Below are positions 30,694-40,270 of a DNA stretch of 64,000 nt, piece after piece. Made by a program: the position numbers and the translations under genes. This stretch comes from Acidobacteriota bacterium (GTDB lineage: Bacteria > Acidobacteriota > UBA4820 > DSQY01): contig JBBIKI010000002.1 in NCBI GenBank assembly GCA_037445535.1, positions 14,338 to 78,337 of the forward strand, in the 5' to 3' direction. Within the stretch, counting starts at the first letter, position 1. Each line of letters opens with the position of its first letter. Below the pieces are notes generated by a model, which worked only from the letters and a program-made list of their open reading frames with translations, searched no databases and was not told where the DNA came from.

Positions 30694-31818
30694 ATGGACA
30701 GGGTGGACATCACGGTCATCGGTGCGGGGGTGGTGGGCCTGTCGGTGGCCGCGCACGTGGCCCGTCGCGGCCGGAGCGTCCTCCTCGTGGAGCGCCACGA
30801 ATCCTTCGGACGGGAGACGAGCAGCCGGAACAGCGAGGTCATCCACGCCAGCATTTACTATCCGCAAGATTCCCTGAAAGGGCGGCTATGCCTGGAAGGG
30901 AACGAGCTCATGTACAGCCTTTGCCGCCGCTACGGCATCGGCCACAAGAACACGGGCAAGCTGATCGTAGCCGTGACCCCCGAGGAGGAAGCGCGCCTGC
31001 CGGCCCTGCTGGAAACGGCGCGGCGCAACGGCGCCCAAGGCGTGCAGATTGTAGGTCCGTCCGACATCAAGAAACTCGAACCCAGGGTGGAAGCCCTCGC
31101 GGCGATCCACTGCCCCACGTCGGGCATCGTGGACTCCCACGCCCTCATGCGGCATTTCCGCGCCGCGGCCGTGGGCGCGGGCGCGTCGGAGGCCTACGGC
31201 GTGGAGGCTGGCTCCATCGACAAGGTCGAGGGCGGCTACCGGGTGGGAGTCAGGGAGCAAGGCGGCGAGGCCTTTGCCTTCGAAACGCGCGTGCTGATCA
31301 ACTGCGCGGGCCTGGGAGCGGGGGAAGTGGCGGCCATGGCGGGCATCGACGTGGACGAGGCCCACTACCGCATCTTCTACAGAAAAGGGATGTATTTCCG
31401 CGTCATGCGGGGCCTGGACCGCCTTCCTTCCATGCTGGTCTATCCCGTTCCGCCCACGGAGGCCACGGTGGGTATTCACACGTGCCCCGATCTGGCGGGA
31501 GGCATGCGCCTGGGGCCCCACGACGTTTGGGTGGACCGCGTGGACTACACCGTTCCGGAGGAGCTGAGGAGCCTCTTTCTCCGCGCCTGCGGGCCTTTTC
31601 TTCCGGCTCTGCTGGCGCATGATCTCATGCCCGACATGGCGGGAATCCAGGCGAAGCGCTTCGGGCCGGGAGAGGCCAGCCGTGACTTCGTCATCCGCGA
31701 GGAGTCGGACCGCGGCCTTCCCGGGCTCATCAACCTGGTGGGTATCGAATCCCCGGGCCTCACCTCGTCTCCCGCCATCGGCAAGCTCGTGGCCGGGATG
31801 GTTCAGCAACTCATGTAG
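30694..31818 (+). CDS. FAD-dependent oxidoreductase (L-2-hydroxyglutarate oxidase / DAO family)
   Basis: N-terminal dinucleotide-binding VDITVIGAGVVGLSVAAHVARRGRSVLLVER; DAO-family length and architecture. Confidence 0.8.
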   Translation: MDRVDITVIGAGVVGLSVAAHVARRGRSVLLVERHESFGRETSSRNSEVIHASIYYPQDSLKGRLCLEGNELMYSLCRRYGIGHKNTGKLIVAVTPEEEARLPALLETARRNGAQGVQIVGPSDIKKLEPRVEALAAIHCPTSGIVDSHALMRHFRAAAVGAGASEAYGVEAGSIDKVEGGYRVGVREQGGEAFAFETRVLINCAGLGAGEVAAMAGIDVDEAHYRIFYRKGMYFRVMRGLDRLPSMLVYPVPPTEATVGIHTCPDLAGGMRLGPHDVWVDRVDYTVPEELRSLFLRACGPFLPALLAHDLMPDMAGIQAKRFGPGEASRDFVIREESDRGLPGLINLVGIESPGLTSSPAIGKLVAGMVQQLM

Positions 31819-31822
31819 GGAA

Positions 31823-34807
31823 TCACCGGACGTCCCCGGGGGTAATCCAGCGGCCCCCGGCAGCGGCTTTGCGCCGCAGGAGGTCGGCAGTGCCGCGATC
31901 CCCGTTGGACAGAGCCAGCCCCAGGGGCGTCAGGCCATCGCGGTTCCGCCGGTCCGTCCGGACCCCCGCCTTGAGGAGGGCCGCCACCATGTCTCTGGAT
32001 CCGGCTTCCACAGCCGCGTGCAGGGGCGTGTCGCCCGCGTCGTCCGCGGCGTCCACATCCGCCCCGTTGGACATGAGGGCCTCCGCGAGGGCCCGGTTTC
32101 TCCTCTGGATGGCCACGAGGAGAGGCGTGGCGCCTTCCTTGTCGCGGACGTCCACCGCCGCGCCGCGTTTCAGGAGGAATTCGGCCGCGCCGCGAGGCCC
32201 CCGCGTGGCGGCATAGAAAAGTGGCGTACGGCCCGTTTCGTCCGTCCCGTTCACATCGGCCCCGTGGTTCAGAAGCAGCTCCATGAGATCGCGCCGTCCC
32301 GACATGGCGGCGCCGCCGAGCAGCGTTGTGGATCCGCCCACGGCAGGGCCGTCCGGCGCGGCGCCCGCATCCAGCAGCGCCGCGGCCAGATCCGGCCGCT
32401 CCGATTCCAGGGCCCAGGCCAGGGGAGCCGCTCCGGAGTCATCCGCCACGTTCGTATCGGCCCCGGCGGCGATGAGGAGGCGCACCAGTTCCGTGTTCCC
32501 GCCGCTCACCGCCAGGGCAAGGCTCGTAAGCCCCCCCGGACCTTGGGCGTCGGTCTTCGCACCCTCAGCGAGAAGCGCCCGCACCTGGTCGCCATCCCCA
32601 GACGACACGGCGCGGAGGAGCCTGGCCCCGTCCATCCCCTTCTCGCTGGCTCCGCGCGCCCTCAGCCAGGCAGCCATGGGCTCCTGGCCCGCCGCCACGG
32701 CCATAGCCAGGGGCGTGAGACCGGAAGCCGCAGCGGCGTCCAGCCCGGCCCCTTTGGCAAGAAGAAGGGCGGCCGCATCCTGCGAGCCCGCATAGGCGGC
32801 CACGTGCAGCGGGGTCACGCCGCCCTCATCGCCTTTTTTGGGATCGGCGCCCTTGGCGAGCAGGGCCTCCACGGCCTTGACCTCTCCCCTGCCGCAGGCG
32901 CGCATGAGAGGAGTCACGCCGCCTTTGGAGGCCCCATCGGCATCGGCGCCTTGATCGAGCAGGAGCGCCACCACGTCGCCTCGGCCCTCCTCCAGTGCCA
33001 CGGCCAGGGGATCCTGGCCTTCCTTGTCTCTGGCTTTGACATCGGCTCCCGCCGCCAGAAGCCGCGAGCACAGATCTTTCCCCCCCGAGGCCGCGGCCAT
33101 GTGAAGGGGGGTTCGGCCTTTGCGGTCTCTGGCGTTAGGATCGGCCCCGGCGCTCAAGAGCATCTCGCAGATCTCCTGATCACCCCGGGAGGCGGCGAAA
33201 TGGAGGGCCGTGGCCCCCGTAGCCACTCGCGCGTTGGCGTCGGCCCCGGCCGCCAGAAGCCTGGAGACCATCTCCTTCTGTCCCGCCAGGGCAGCCATCT
33301 GGAGAGGGCCCGCCTGGCCCCCGCCGTCGCCGGCCATCAAGGTTGCCCCGCTCGCCATGAGAAGGTTCCACACGGGGACCCACCCGCGCTGGAAGGCCCG
33401 CTGAATGGGGGTCCTGCCGCGGATGTCACGGGCGTTGACGGGGGCCCCCCTCTTGATGAGCAGGGCGCACGTTTCGGCCGACCCCGAGGCCGCAGCCAAG
33501 TGAAGGGGAGTCTCGCCAGAGAGGTTGACAGCGGCGGTGCCGGCCCCGCGCACCAGCAGGAGAGAAACCACCTCGGGGGCCGCCCCATAGGACGCCCAGT
33601 GAAGGGGCGTCCAGCCGTCTCCGTCCCGGGCGTTCACCGCCGCGCCGTGAAGGAGGAGCTGCTCGCATGCAGCCTTCTGCCCACCCATGACGGCCATGTG
33701 AAGGGCCGTGAATCCCTCCACGGTGCGGACCTCCGTGCGAGCGCCCTTGTCCAGAAAAAGGCCGCACGCTTCCACGCGGCCGTGCAAGGCCGCCACATGC
33801 AGGGGTGTGTAGCCGTCCTTTCCTCCAGCCGAGAGGAGCGCGCCCTTGTCCAGCAAGAGGCCGCAAACTCCTCGGTCCCCGCTGTAAGCGGCCCACTGGA
33901 GGGGCGTGTCCCCTTCCTCCGTCTCCGCCGACGGATCGGCGCCCTCGGCCAGGAGGATCTGGCACGCCTGGAGATGCGCGTTCCTAGCGGCGAAGTGAAG
34001 GGCGGTCCAGCCTTGGGCCGTCCTGGCGTTCACCTTGGCTCCCCGCTTCAGGAGGAGGGCGCAGACGTCCTCGCGGCCCTGAGCGGCGGCGGCGTGAAGG
34101 GGACGGAGCCCTTGCTCCGCTTGTGCGTTGGCATCGCCCGTGAGATCCAGGAGCAGCTCGCAGAGCTTCATCTGCCCCGAGGCCGCCGCCTCGTGGAGCG
34201 GAAGGTACCCCGCGCCGTCCCGGGCCACGGGGTCGGCACCCCTGGCCAGAAGAAGCTCGCAGATAGCGTAGCGCCCCTTGCTGGCGGCCCAGTGGAGGGC
34301 CGTCTTGCCCCCCCCGTCCCGGGTGTTCACGGAGGCTCCGTGCGCCAGGAGGTAGTCGCAGACGGCTCCGTGCCCGTTGAATGCCGCCCACATGAGCCCC
34401 GTCCATCCCGTCTCCGTGCCGTCCTCCACGAATTCCTGGTCATCGGGCGAGAGACGGCACCCCTCCACGAGGTAGGCCACCACCTCCAGGCGGCCCTCCC
34501 CCGCCGCCGCGCCCAGGGTGTTGCCATAAAACGCCTCGCGGCGGTTCCCTATCCAGATGATGCCCTTGCCGTTGGGGTTGGCGCCCCGGCTCACCAGGTA
34601 CCGGAGGATGTCCCCGCGTCCCGAGTAGGCGGCCCACATGACGGGGGGTGCTTCAAAGGCCGGAGCGTTCAGGTCCGCCCCTCGTTCTGCGAGGGCCTTG
34701 ACCGCGTCCATGTTCCCCGCCTTAACGGCTTCCACCAGATCCATCTCCGGTTGGCCCGCCAAGACACGCACCGAGAGGGCCAGAGCGAGAAGGATGCCTT
34801 TCCTCAT
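31823..34807 (-). CDS. secreted ankyrin-repeat protein (about 995 aa, about 28-30 ANK repeats)
   Basis: Signal peptide MRKGILLALALSVRVLAGQ, then uninterrupted 33-aa ANK units (...G.TPLH.AA..G......LL..GA..N.....) running to the C-terminus; ATG at 34807 with a GGAGAA SD. Confidence 0.9.
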   Translation of the reverse strand: MRKGILLALALSVRVLAGQPEMDLVEAVKAGNMDAVKALAERGADLNAPAFEAPPVMWAAYSGRGDILRYLVSRGANPNGKGIIWIGNRREAFYGNTLGAAAGEGRLEVVAYLVEGCRLSPDDQEFVEDGTETGWTGLMWAAFNGHGAVCDYLLAHGASVNTRDGGGKTALHWAASKGRYAICELLLARGADPVARDGAGYLPLHEAAASGQMKLCELLLDLTGDANAQAEQGLRPLHAAAAQGREDVCALLLKRGAKVNARTAQGWTALHFAARNAHLQACQILLAEGADPSAETEEGDTPLQWAAYSGDRGVCGLLLDKGALLSAGGKDGYTPLHVAALHGRVEACGLFLDKGARTEVRTVEGFTALHMAVMGGQKAACEQLLLHGAAVNARDGDGWTPLHWASYGAAPEVVSLLLVRGAGTAAVNLSGETPLHLAAASGSAETCALLIKRGAPVNARDIRGRTPIQRAFQRGWVPVWNLLMASGATLMAGDGGGQAGPLQMAALAGQKEMVSRLLAAGADANARVATGATALHFAASRGDQEICEMLLSAGADPNARDRKGRTPLHMAAASGGKDLCSRLLAAGADVKARDKEGQDPLAVALEEGRGDVVALLLDQGADADGASKGGVTPLMRACGRGEVKAVEALLAKGADPKKGDEGGVTPLHVAAYAGSQDAAALLLAKGAGLDAAAASGLTPLAMAVAAGQEPMAAWLRARGASEKGMDGARLLRAVSSGDGDQVRALLAEGAKTDAQGPGGLTSLALAVSGGNTELVRLLIAAGADTNVADDSGAAPLAWALESERPDLAAALLDAGAAPDGPAVGGSTTLLGGAAMSGRRDLMELLLNHGADVNGTDETGRTPLFYAATRGPRGAAEFLLKRGAAVDVRDKEGATPLLVAIQRRNRALAEALMSNGADVDAADDAGDTPLHAAVEAGSRDMVAALLKAGVRTDRRNRDGLTPLGLALSNGDRGTADLLRRKAAAGGRWITPGDVR

Positions 34808-35227
34808 GAGCCATTCTCCTTCATGGACGCGCGAGTATATCACGCCGCACCCGGGGGTTGCGGCGGGGTACCGGGGCGGGCCTCCGCTCCCAGGAACCGA
34901 GCTTCAAGGAGAAAAAAGACGGGGAGGCCGGGCGGGGTGGAGGTGAGTTCGAGACGGACCCCTGTCCCGGCCCTCCCCTGAGGCGCCCGCGCCGACTTCA
35001 GAGCGGGGCGCTCACCGGACGCGGAGCCCTCGGAGGAGGGCGCCCGCACAGGAGAAAGGGGGCCTCCAGTCCGGTGCAAAAACGATAGCCCTGCCGGATA
35101 TAGGGTGGAGGGGTACCCCGCCGGCAGATGAACGCTGTATCAGAGAGAATGTAATGCCTTGGAACCTCGGAGTCAACGAAGCCCACGCATCGGCCCCGCA
35201 TACCCCGCATCCGCTTAGAACGCGAAA

Positions 35228-35272
35228 GGGAGCCCCGCGGCATGGCGGCTCTCTTTGTGGCGCGGGGCTCCC
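35228..35272 (-). terminator. hairpin terminator 9 nt downstream of the 35281 gene
   Basis: 12-bp perfect stem GGGAGCCCCGCG / CGCGGGGCTCCC followed on the minus strand by TTTCGCGTTC. Confidence 0.5.
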
Positions 35273-35280
35273 GGAACGCC

Positions 35281-35856
35281 TTACTTTCCGGAACCCAAAA
35301 GCTCCATAGTCATTTTCGTGTTCATGGTCTGGGTTCCGGCCTTGATCGCGGTCTCCGTCTCCATCTTCACGACGCCAGAGACGGGCACGTCCTTGCACGT
35401 CCAAACCTTCACCGTTCCATCGGTGGGGACGGGCTTGGTGGCAACCATCTTGACCTTCACCCAGTGGCAGGGATAGGCTTTGCCGCCCACCGTGATGGTC
35501 TCGTTGCCCTCGCCGAGCGGGGTTACCTTCGCGTCGGTGACGGAGAGGTCGGCCTTGTAAGGCTCGTAGGCCTGATTCAGTGGAATTTTCGTTTCCTGAG
35601 GAGGCATGGCCTTCCCCATCATGGTCGTTTCGCTCCTCAGCGTAACGCTCGTGGCATCCTTCGCCACGACGGTCTGCTTCATCTTCATGACCATGTTCTG
35701 GCCCATGGCGCTGGTGGTCATGTTGTACTGGAGCCAGTCACCCACCTTGGCGTTTCTTAGCGGGTTGTCGGCCATGCCCGCCGCCATGGCGCCCACGACG
35801 GGCAGGAGCAGAGCCCCGAGTAGCGGTAAGATCCAGGTGCGTTTGATGGCGTTCAC
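35281..35856 (-). CDS. secreted hypothetical protein (Met/Lys/Thr-rich), unknown family
   Basis: GTG start at 35856 preceded by AAGGAGAG; signal peptide ILPLLGALLLPVVGAMAAG; no recognisable domain. Confidence 0.55.
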   Translation of the reverse strand: MNAIKRTWILPLLGALLLPVVGAMAAGMADNPLRNAKVGDWLQYNMTTSAMGQNMVMKMKQTVVAKDATSVTLRSETTMMGKAMPPQETKIPLNQAYEPYKADLSVTDAKVTPLGEGNETITVGGKAYPCHWVKVKMVATKPVPTDGTVKVWTCKDVPVSGVVKMETETAIKAGTQTMNTKMTMELLGSGK

Positions 35857-36048
35857 GCGTCCCTCTCCTTCTGGTCCGCCTGTCTTCATCTGGCTCGCAC
35901 GAACGGCGGCCGGCCCGCGAGCCTGTCACGAACAGGTTTGCCCGAGACGGCATCCTTTCCATCGAGTTTAGCAGGAGAGGATGGCGGGGTTCAACACCGG
36001 CAAACGCCTCTCCCGGGGTTTGGGCTATGATAGCGCTGGAGGCTTAGC

Positions 36049-36936
36049 ATGAGAGCAGGGTTCGTGGCGGTCGTGGGGCGGACCAACGTGGGCAAGTCGA
36101 CCCTCGTGAACGGCCTGGTGGGCGAAAAGGTGGCCATCGTCACCTCCAAGGCCCAAACCACGCGCAACGTGATCCGCGGCATTCTCAACGAACCCAGGGG
36201 GCAGATGGTTTTCCTCGACACTCCCGGCCTGCACAAGCCCAAGACGCGCATGAACCAGGCCATGGTGCGACTCGCCCTGGAGTCGCTCGAAGGGGTGGAC
36301 GCCGTCCTGTGGGTCCTGAACGCCTCTGAATCGTGGCACGCCGAGGAGGAGCGTCTGGCGGAGCGCATCGGGCACCTCGGCAGCCCCCTCGTGGTGGCCT
36401 TGAACCAGGTGGACCGGATCAAGGACAAGGCCCAGCTCCTCCCCTTCATGGCCGGCCTGTCACGGCGTTTCCCCGCTGCCGCGCTGTACCCTCTGTGCGC
36501 CTTGGACCCCAAGGACTACCCTGGGCTCCTCGGCCTTCTGTTCCCGCTCCTGCCCGAACACGAGGCCATCTTCCCCCCCGAACTCTACACGGATCAGCCC
36601 GAACGGCAGCTTGCCGCGGAGGTGGTGCGGGAGCACGTGTTCCTCCGCACCCGCCAGGAAGTGCCCCACTGCGTGGGCGTCCTGGTGGAGGCCTTCGATG
36701 AGCCCGGAGAGGAGGGCGGCAAGGTCGTCCTCCACTGCGCCATCCTCGTGGAGCGCGATAGCCAGAAGCCCATCATCATCGGCCACGGGGGCCAGACCCT
36801 GAAGGCCATCGGCATCGCCGCCCGGCAAGAGATCCAGCAGCTCCTGGGCTGCGGCGTGGAGCTGCGCCTCTTCGTCAAGGTCCGTCCCGATTGGCGCGAG
36901 AATGCCTCGGTCCTCCGCGAGATGGGGCTGGCGTAG
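36049..36936 (+). CDS. era: GTPase Era
   Basis: G1 GRTNVGKST, G3 DTPG, G4 NQVD, C-terminal KH domain; full-length Era similarity. Confidence 0.95.
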   Translation: MRAGFVAVVGRTNVGKSTLVNGLVGEKVAIVTSKAQTTRNVIRGILNEPRGQMVFLDTPGLHKPKTRMNQAMVRLALESLEGVDAVLWVLNASESWHAEEERLAERIGHLGSPLVVALNQVDRIKDKAQLLPFMAGLSRRFPAAALYPLCALDPKDYPGLLGLLFPLLPEHEAIFPPELYTDQPERQLAAEVVREHVFLRTRQEVPHCVGVLVEAFDEPGEEGGKVVLHCAILVERDSQKPIIIGHGGQTLKAIGIAARQEIQQLLGCGVELRLFVKVRPDWRENASVLREMGLA

Positions 36937-36970
36937 CGGATCGTGGCATCCTGAATTCGGAGAACGAAAA

Positions 36971-36997
36971 AGAGCCCCGGCAAAGGGGCTCTTTTCT
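36971..36997 (+). terminator. rho-independent terminator after era
   Basis: AGAGCCCC-GGCAAA-GGGGCTCT then TTTCT. Confidence 0.7.
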
Positions 36998-37031
36998 ATG
37001 GGAAGGGCGGCGACGCGAGATTCGCGGGAGG

Positions 37032-38276
37032 TCAGCGGATATAGGTGTAGCAGGGGGTCGTCCCGCCGTTGGGGTTTACGACCGTGACGCACACGGGGAC
37101 CCCCAAAGGAACCATGGCCTTGAGGGCCGCCCCGCCTTTGGCCACGAGCCGTGATGAGCCTTTGTACGCCACGGCCGGAACCTGCGCGCCGTCGATATAA
37201 ACCCACGCACCAGGCAGGAAGCCGCCGCCCGTTACGGCCAGCCTGAAAGGGTTCCCCATCTTGTTCACCTGGATCACCGAAATGCTCGTGGCCGTGAGGG
37301 CGATGTCGTCCAGATGAACGCCGTACCCCGTGAAGGCCGGGGGAATGTTCTGGCCCGACTGGAACACAAACGCGAGGGCGAACCTGGGGTAGGTCGTGAG
37401 GTCGCCAAGCCCCGTCCAGGCGCGCATATTCTGGCTATAGAGGTACCACGTGTCGTACAGGCTCCCGGAGATCCTGTACCCCGTGTAGTTGGTGCCGTCC
37501 ACGCTCACTACGTAGTAGAAGTAGTCGAGGCCCGTCTGGGAATCGACCTTGCCGTAGAAATTGAGGTAGGCGCCGGGTGCGCCGGAGAGGCACGTGAGCC
37601 AAGGGGCGAACTCCAGCCAAGAGTCGGTGTTGTAATCGTACTCGGATCCGCAGGGAAGGGTAGCTCCGCGGGTGCCTCCCATGATGGCTTCGCAGTCCCA
37701 TGAACCCGTGTGCGCGTCGCAGTTGGTGTCGAGCCAGTAGTAATCACCCACGGCGTTATTCGGCTGGCCTCCCTGGTAGTGCCACCAGTTCCCCCCGTCC
37801 TCATACCATATGGGAGTCGTCTCAAATCCCTCCGAGAGGCACGTGTCCTCGGGAACGCGGCCTTCCATCCGCCGCTCGGGGCGAAGGGGGGCTCCGCCCG
37901 GCCGCACGAGAGTCACGGGCTCCTTGATGAGATACCTCCCCGTGGAGGTCTTCTCTGTTTTGTAGCCGGGCAGCGCCGCATCGAGGGCGGTTTGGAAGGC
38001 ACCAGGTCCGCCGCAAAGGGACGCTTCAGGCGAGGATGCCAGGGATGGGGGAAGGGCCGGCACGTTCGCCTCGGGCACGTCAGCTACCAGGATTCCCAGG
38101 TCTCGAGCCCACACCAGGCGGTCGCTCGCCGAGAGTACGGCCGACCCTTGATCGTCCGTTACATTTTTCAGGACAACGATGCGGGACGTAGCGCCTTGAG
38201 CCTGGGCGGCCATGGCCGAGACGGATAAGAGACCGGCGAGCGCCGCCGCCGTGGCGAGCAAGGTTGTTCGGGGCAT
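37032..38276 (-). CDS. secreted protein with a C-terminal IPT/TIG-like domain (paralogous C-terminus to the 49074-51053 protein)
   Basis: ATG at 38276 with an AGGAGG SD; signal peptide MPRTTLLATAAALAGLLSVSAMAAQAQG; C-terminal roughly 75 aa about 55% identical to the C-terminus of the PKD protein and ending ...PCYTYIR. Confidence 0.7.
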   Translation of the reverse strand: MPRTTLLATAAALAGLLSVSAMAAQAQGATSRIVVLKNVTDDQGSAVLSASDRLVWARDLGILVADVPEANVPALPPSLASSPEASLCGGPGAFQTALDAALPGYKTEKTSTGRYLIKEPVTLVRPGGAPLRPERRMEGRVPEDTCLSEGFETTPIWYEDGGNWWHYQGGQPNNAVGDYYWLDTNCDAHTGSWDCEAIMGGTRGATLPCGSEYDYNTDSWLEFAPWLTCLSGAPGAYLNFYGKVDSQTGLDYFYYVVSVDGTNYTGYRISGSLYDTWYLYSQNMRAWTGLGDLTTYPRFALAFVFQSGQNIPPAFTGYGVHLDDIALTATSISVIQVNKMGNPFRLAVTGGGFLPGAWVYIDGAQVPAVAYKGSSRLVAKGGAALKAMVPLGVPVCVTVVNPNGGTTPCYTYIR

Positions 38277-38701
38277 AGCAACACCTCCTAGAGACTGCCC
38301 AGCAACACCGGTGCCAAGGATCATCATCCAAAACAGTCCTTGCTGCGGCCATTCCAGATGGAAATCGTGTCCGCCAGGTGTTGGGAACTCATATCAGTGT
38401 CCGAAAAAGAGGACGGGACGGATAGGTAGCTGAGAAGCGGGAAGAGGGAAAAACTCCGCCCTGCCGGATGGGCCTCGATTCGCCAGATTCCCCATTCTCG
38501 TTGATGCCCGTGGCATCTTTTGCAGTGGGAGCGCCTCAACCTTGCATGGCCGTTCCTCGTCCCTCTATTCCGTTTTTCCTGCCGCCTCTGCTTTTTCCTC
38601 CCCACTCCAGCCCAATCTCCACACCGGCCCTTCGCACCCTTGCCCGCCGCCGGGAGACCTGGGATACTATGAGGCCGGCAGAGTCCGGAGAGAGGGGATT
38701 C

Positions 38702-39901
38702 ATGAGCCACCACGACGACCATTTGAAGTGGTCTACGGACACGACGTGCATTCATGCGGGCCAGGCCCCCGACGCGCTCTTCGGCGCCGTCGCCCCGCCC
38801 ATTTACCAGACCTCCACCTTCGCCTTCGAATCCACGGAGCAAGGCGCGGCTCGCTTCGCCGGCAAGGACTCGGGCTATATTTACACGCGCCTGGGCAATC
38901 CCACGATCCACATGCTGGAGGACAACGTGGCCGCGCTCGAAGAGGGTTCCGGCGCCCTCGCCACGGCCTCGGGCATGGCGGCCGTCTCCACCCTGTTCTT
39001 CGCCCTTCTCTCCTCGGGCGACCACGTGGTGTGCAGCCAGGCCGTCTACGGGCCCTCCCGGCTCGTGCTCGAACGGGACTTCGCCCGGTTCGGCGTTCGC
39101 TCCACCATGGTCGAAACGAGCGACGTCCAGGCCATGCGGGACGCCGTGACGGACAAGACGCGCCTCATCTACATCGAGACCCCGTCCAACCCCACCCTCG
39201 CCATCACGGACATCGCCGAGGCCTCCCGCATCGCCCACGAGGCGGGGGCCCTGCTGGCGGTGGACAACACCTTCTGCAGCCCCATTCTGCAGCGCCCCAT
39301 CCGCTTCGGGGCGGACGTGGTCGTGCACTCCGTGACCAAATTCATCAACGGCCACGCGGACGTGGTAGGCGGGGTGCTGGTGTTCCAAACCGAGGAGCTC
39401 ATGAAGCGGGTCAAGCCCGTGCTCGGCTTCCTCGGAGGAACCATGGACCCGCACCAGGCGTGGCTCGTCCTGCGGGGGGTCAAAACCCTTGGGCTCCGTG
39501 TCCGCGCCGCCCAAGAAAACGCTTCCGCCTGCGCCCGTTTTCTGGCGGCGCATCCCGCCGTAGCTTCGGTGGCCTATCCGGGCCTTCCCGGACATCCCCA
39601 AGCCGACCTCATCGCCCGGCAGATGGCGGGACCGGGTTCCCTCATCTCCTTTGAGCTGAAAGGGGGCATCGAGGCCGGCAAGAAGCTGCTGGGAAGCCTC
39701 AAGCTTGCCACCCTCGCCGTTTCCCTGGGCGGGGTCGAAACGCTCATTCAGCACCCTGCCTCCATGACCCATGCCGGCATGTCAAGGGAGTCAAGGCTGA
39801 AGGCGGGCATCACCGACGGGCTCGTGCGTCTCGCCGTAGGATGCGAGGATAAGAACGACCTCCTGGCCGACTTCAAGGAAGGCTTGGACGCCCTCATTTA
39901 A
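38702..39901 (+). CDS. PLP-dependent methionine gamma-lyase / cystathionine gamma-synthase family enzyme
   Basis: ...TTCIHAGQ...YTRLGNPT...; PLP-lysine region SVTKFINGHADVVGG; full-length Cys/Met-metabolism PLP family similarity. Alternative in-frame ATG at 38669. Confidence 0.85.
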   Translation: MSHHDDHLKWSTDTTCIHAGQAPDALFGAVAPPIYQTSTFAFESTEQGAARFAGKDSGYIYTRLGNPTIHMLEDNVAALEEGSGALATASGMAAVSTLFFALLSSGDHVVCSQAVYGPSRLVLERDFARFGVRSTMVETSDVQAMRDAVTDKTRLIYIETPSNPTLAITDIAEASRIAHEAGALLAVDNTFCSPILQRPIRFGADVVVHSVTKFINGHADVVGGVLVFQTEELMKRVKPVLGFLGGTMDPHQAWLVLRGVKTLGLRVRAAQENASACARFLAAHPAVASVAYPGLPGHPQADLIARQMAGPGSLISFELKGGIEAGKKLLGSLKLATLAVSLGGVETLIQHPASMTHAGMSRESRLKAGITDGLVRLAVGCEDKNDLLADFKEGLDALI

Positions 39902-39938
39902 GCTGCTTTGCTGGGCAAACAATCTACAGCATGTTTCA

Positions 39939-39977
39939 AAGGCCGCCCTCTTTATCCGGGGCGGCCTTGTGCTTTTC
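39939..39977 (+). terminator. rho-independent terminator after the gamma-lyase gene
   Basis: Perfect 10-bp stem AAGGCCGCCC / GGGCGGCCTT with a 10-nt loop, then GTGCTTTTCC. Confidence 0.7.
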
Positions 39978-40270
39978 CTAGCAATGGGACCCACAGCCAT
40001 GCTTCCATATCTAGTATTTATAAGCATGCTATATACAGAATAATGTACCAATGAGCATCAATAAGGGAATGGCTGCTGGGCTGTTCACTGACGCGCCCGT
40101 CGTCACTCTCACTTTAGATTCGTCCCTCGGCGCGGCAAATATCACCTCCGCCCTGAGGCCGGGGCCGGGCTCGTCGAGCAATACCACGCGTTGCCGTTAG
40201 GTGTCATTTCTCTTTTTGCTTTGTGCCTGCCGAGGGTCCGCGGCAAGCTCTCGAATCGGCCACGGGTGGC

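Noticed and set aside
31619-34981. A 1120-aa plus-strand ORF, the longest in the track
   Set aside because: It is entirely antisense to the ankyrin gene. The minus-strand frame shows about 28 perfect ANK repeats and a signal peptide, whereas the plus-strand translation is low-complexity Arg/Gly/Pro/Ala-rich with no motif. This is a typical GC-rich antisense artefact.
37032-37280. The idea that the shared C-terminal tail is a PEP-CTERM/T9SS-type sorting signal
   Set aside because: There is no hydrophobic transmembrane stretch plus basic tail (the PEP-CTERM/LPXTG style), and the sequence pattern fits an IPT/TIG beta-sandwich. It is kept only as a paralogous-domain observation, with a sorting role as an open possibility.
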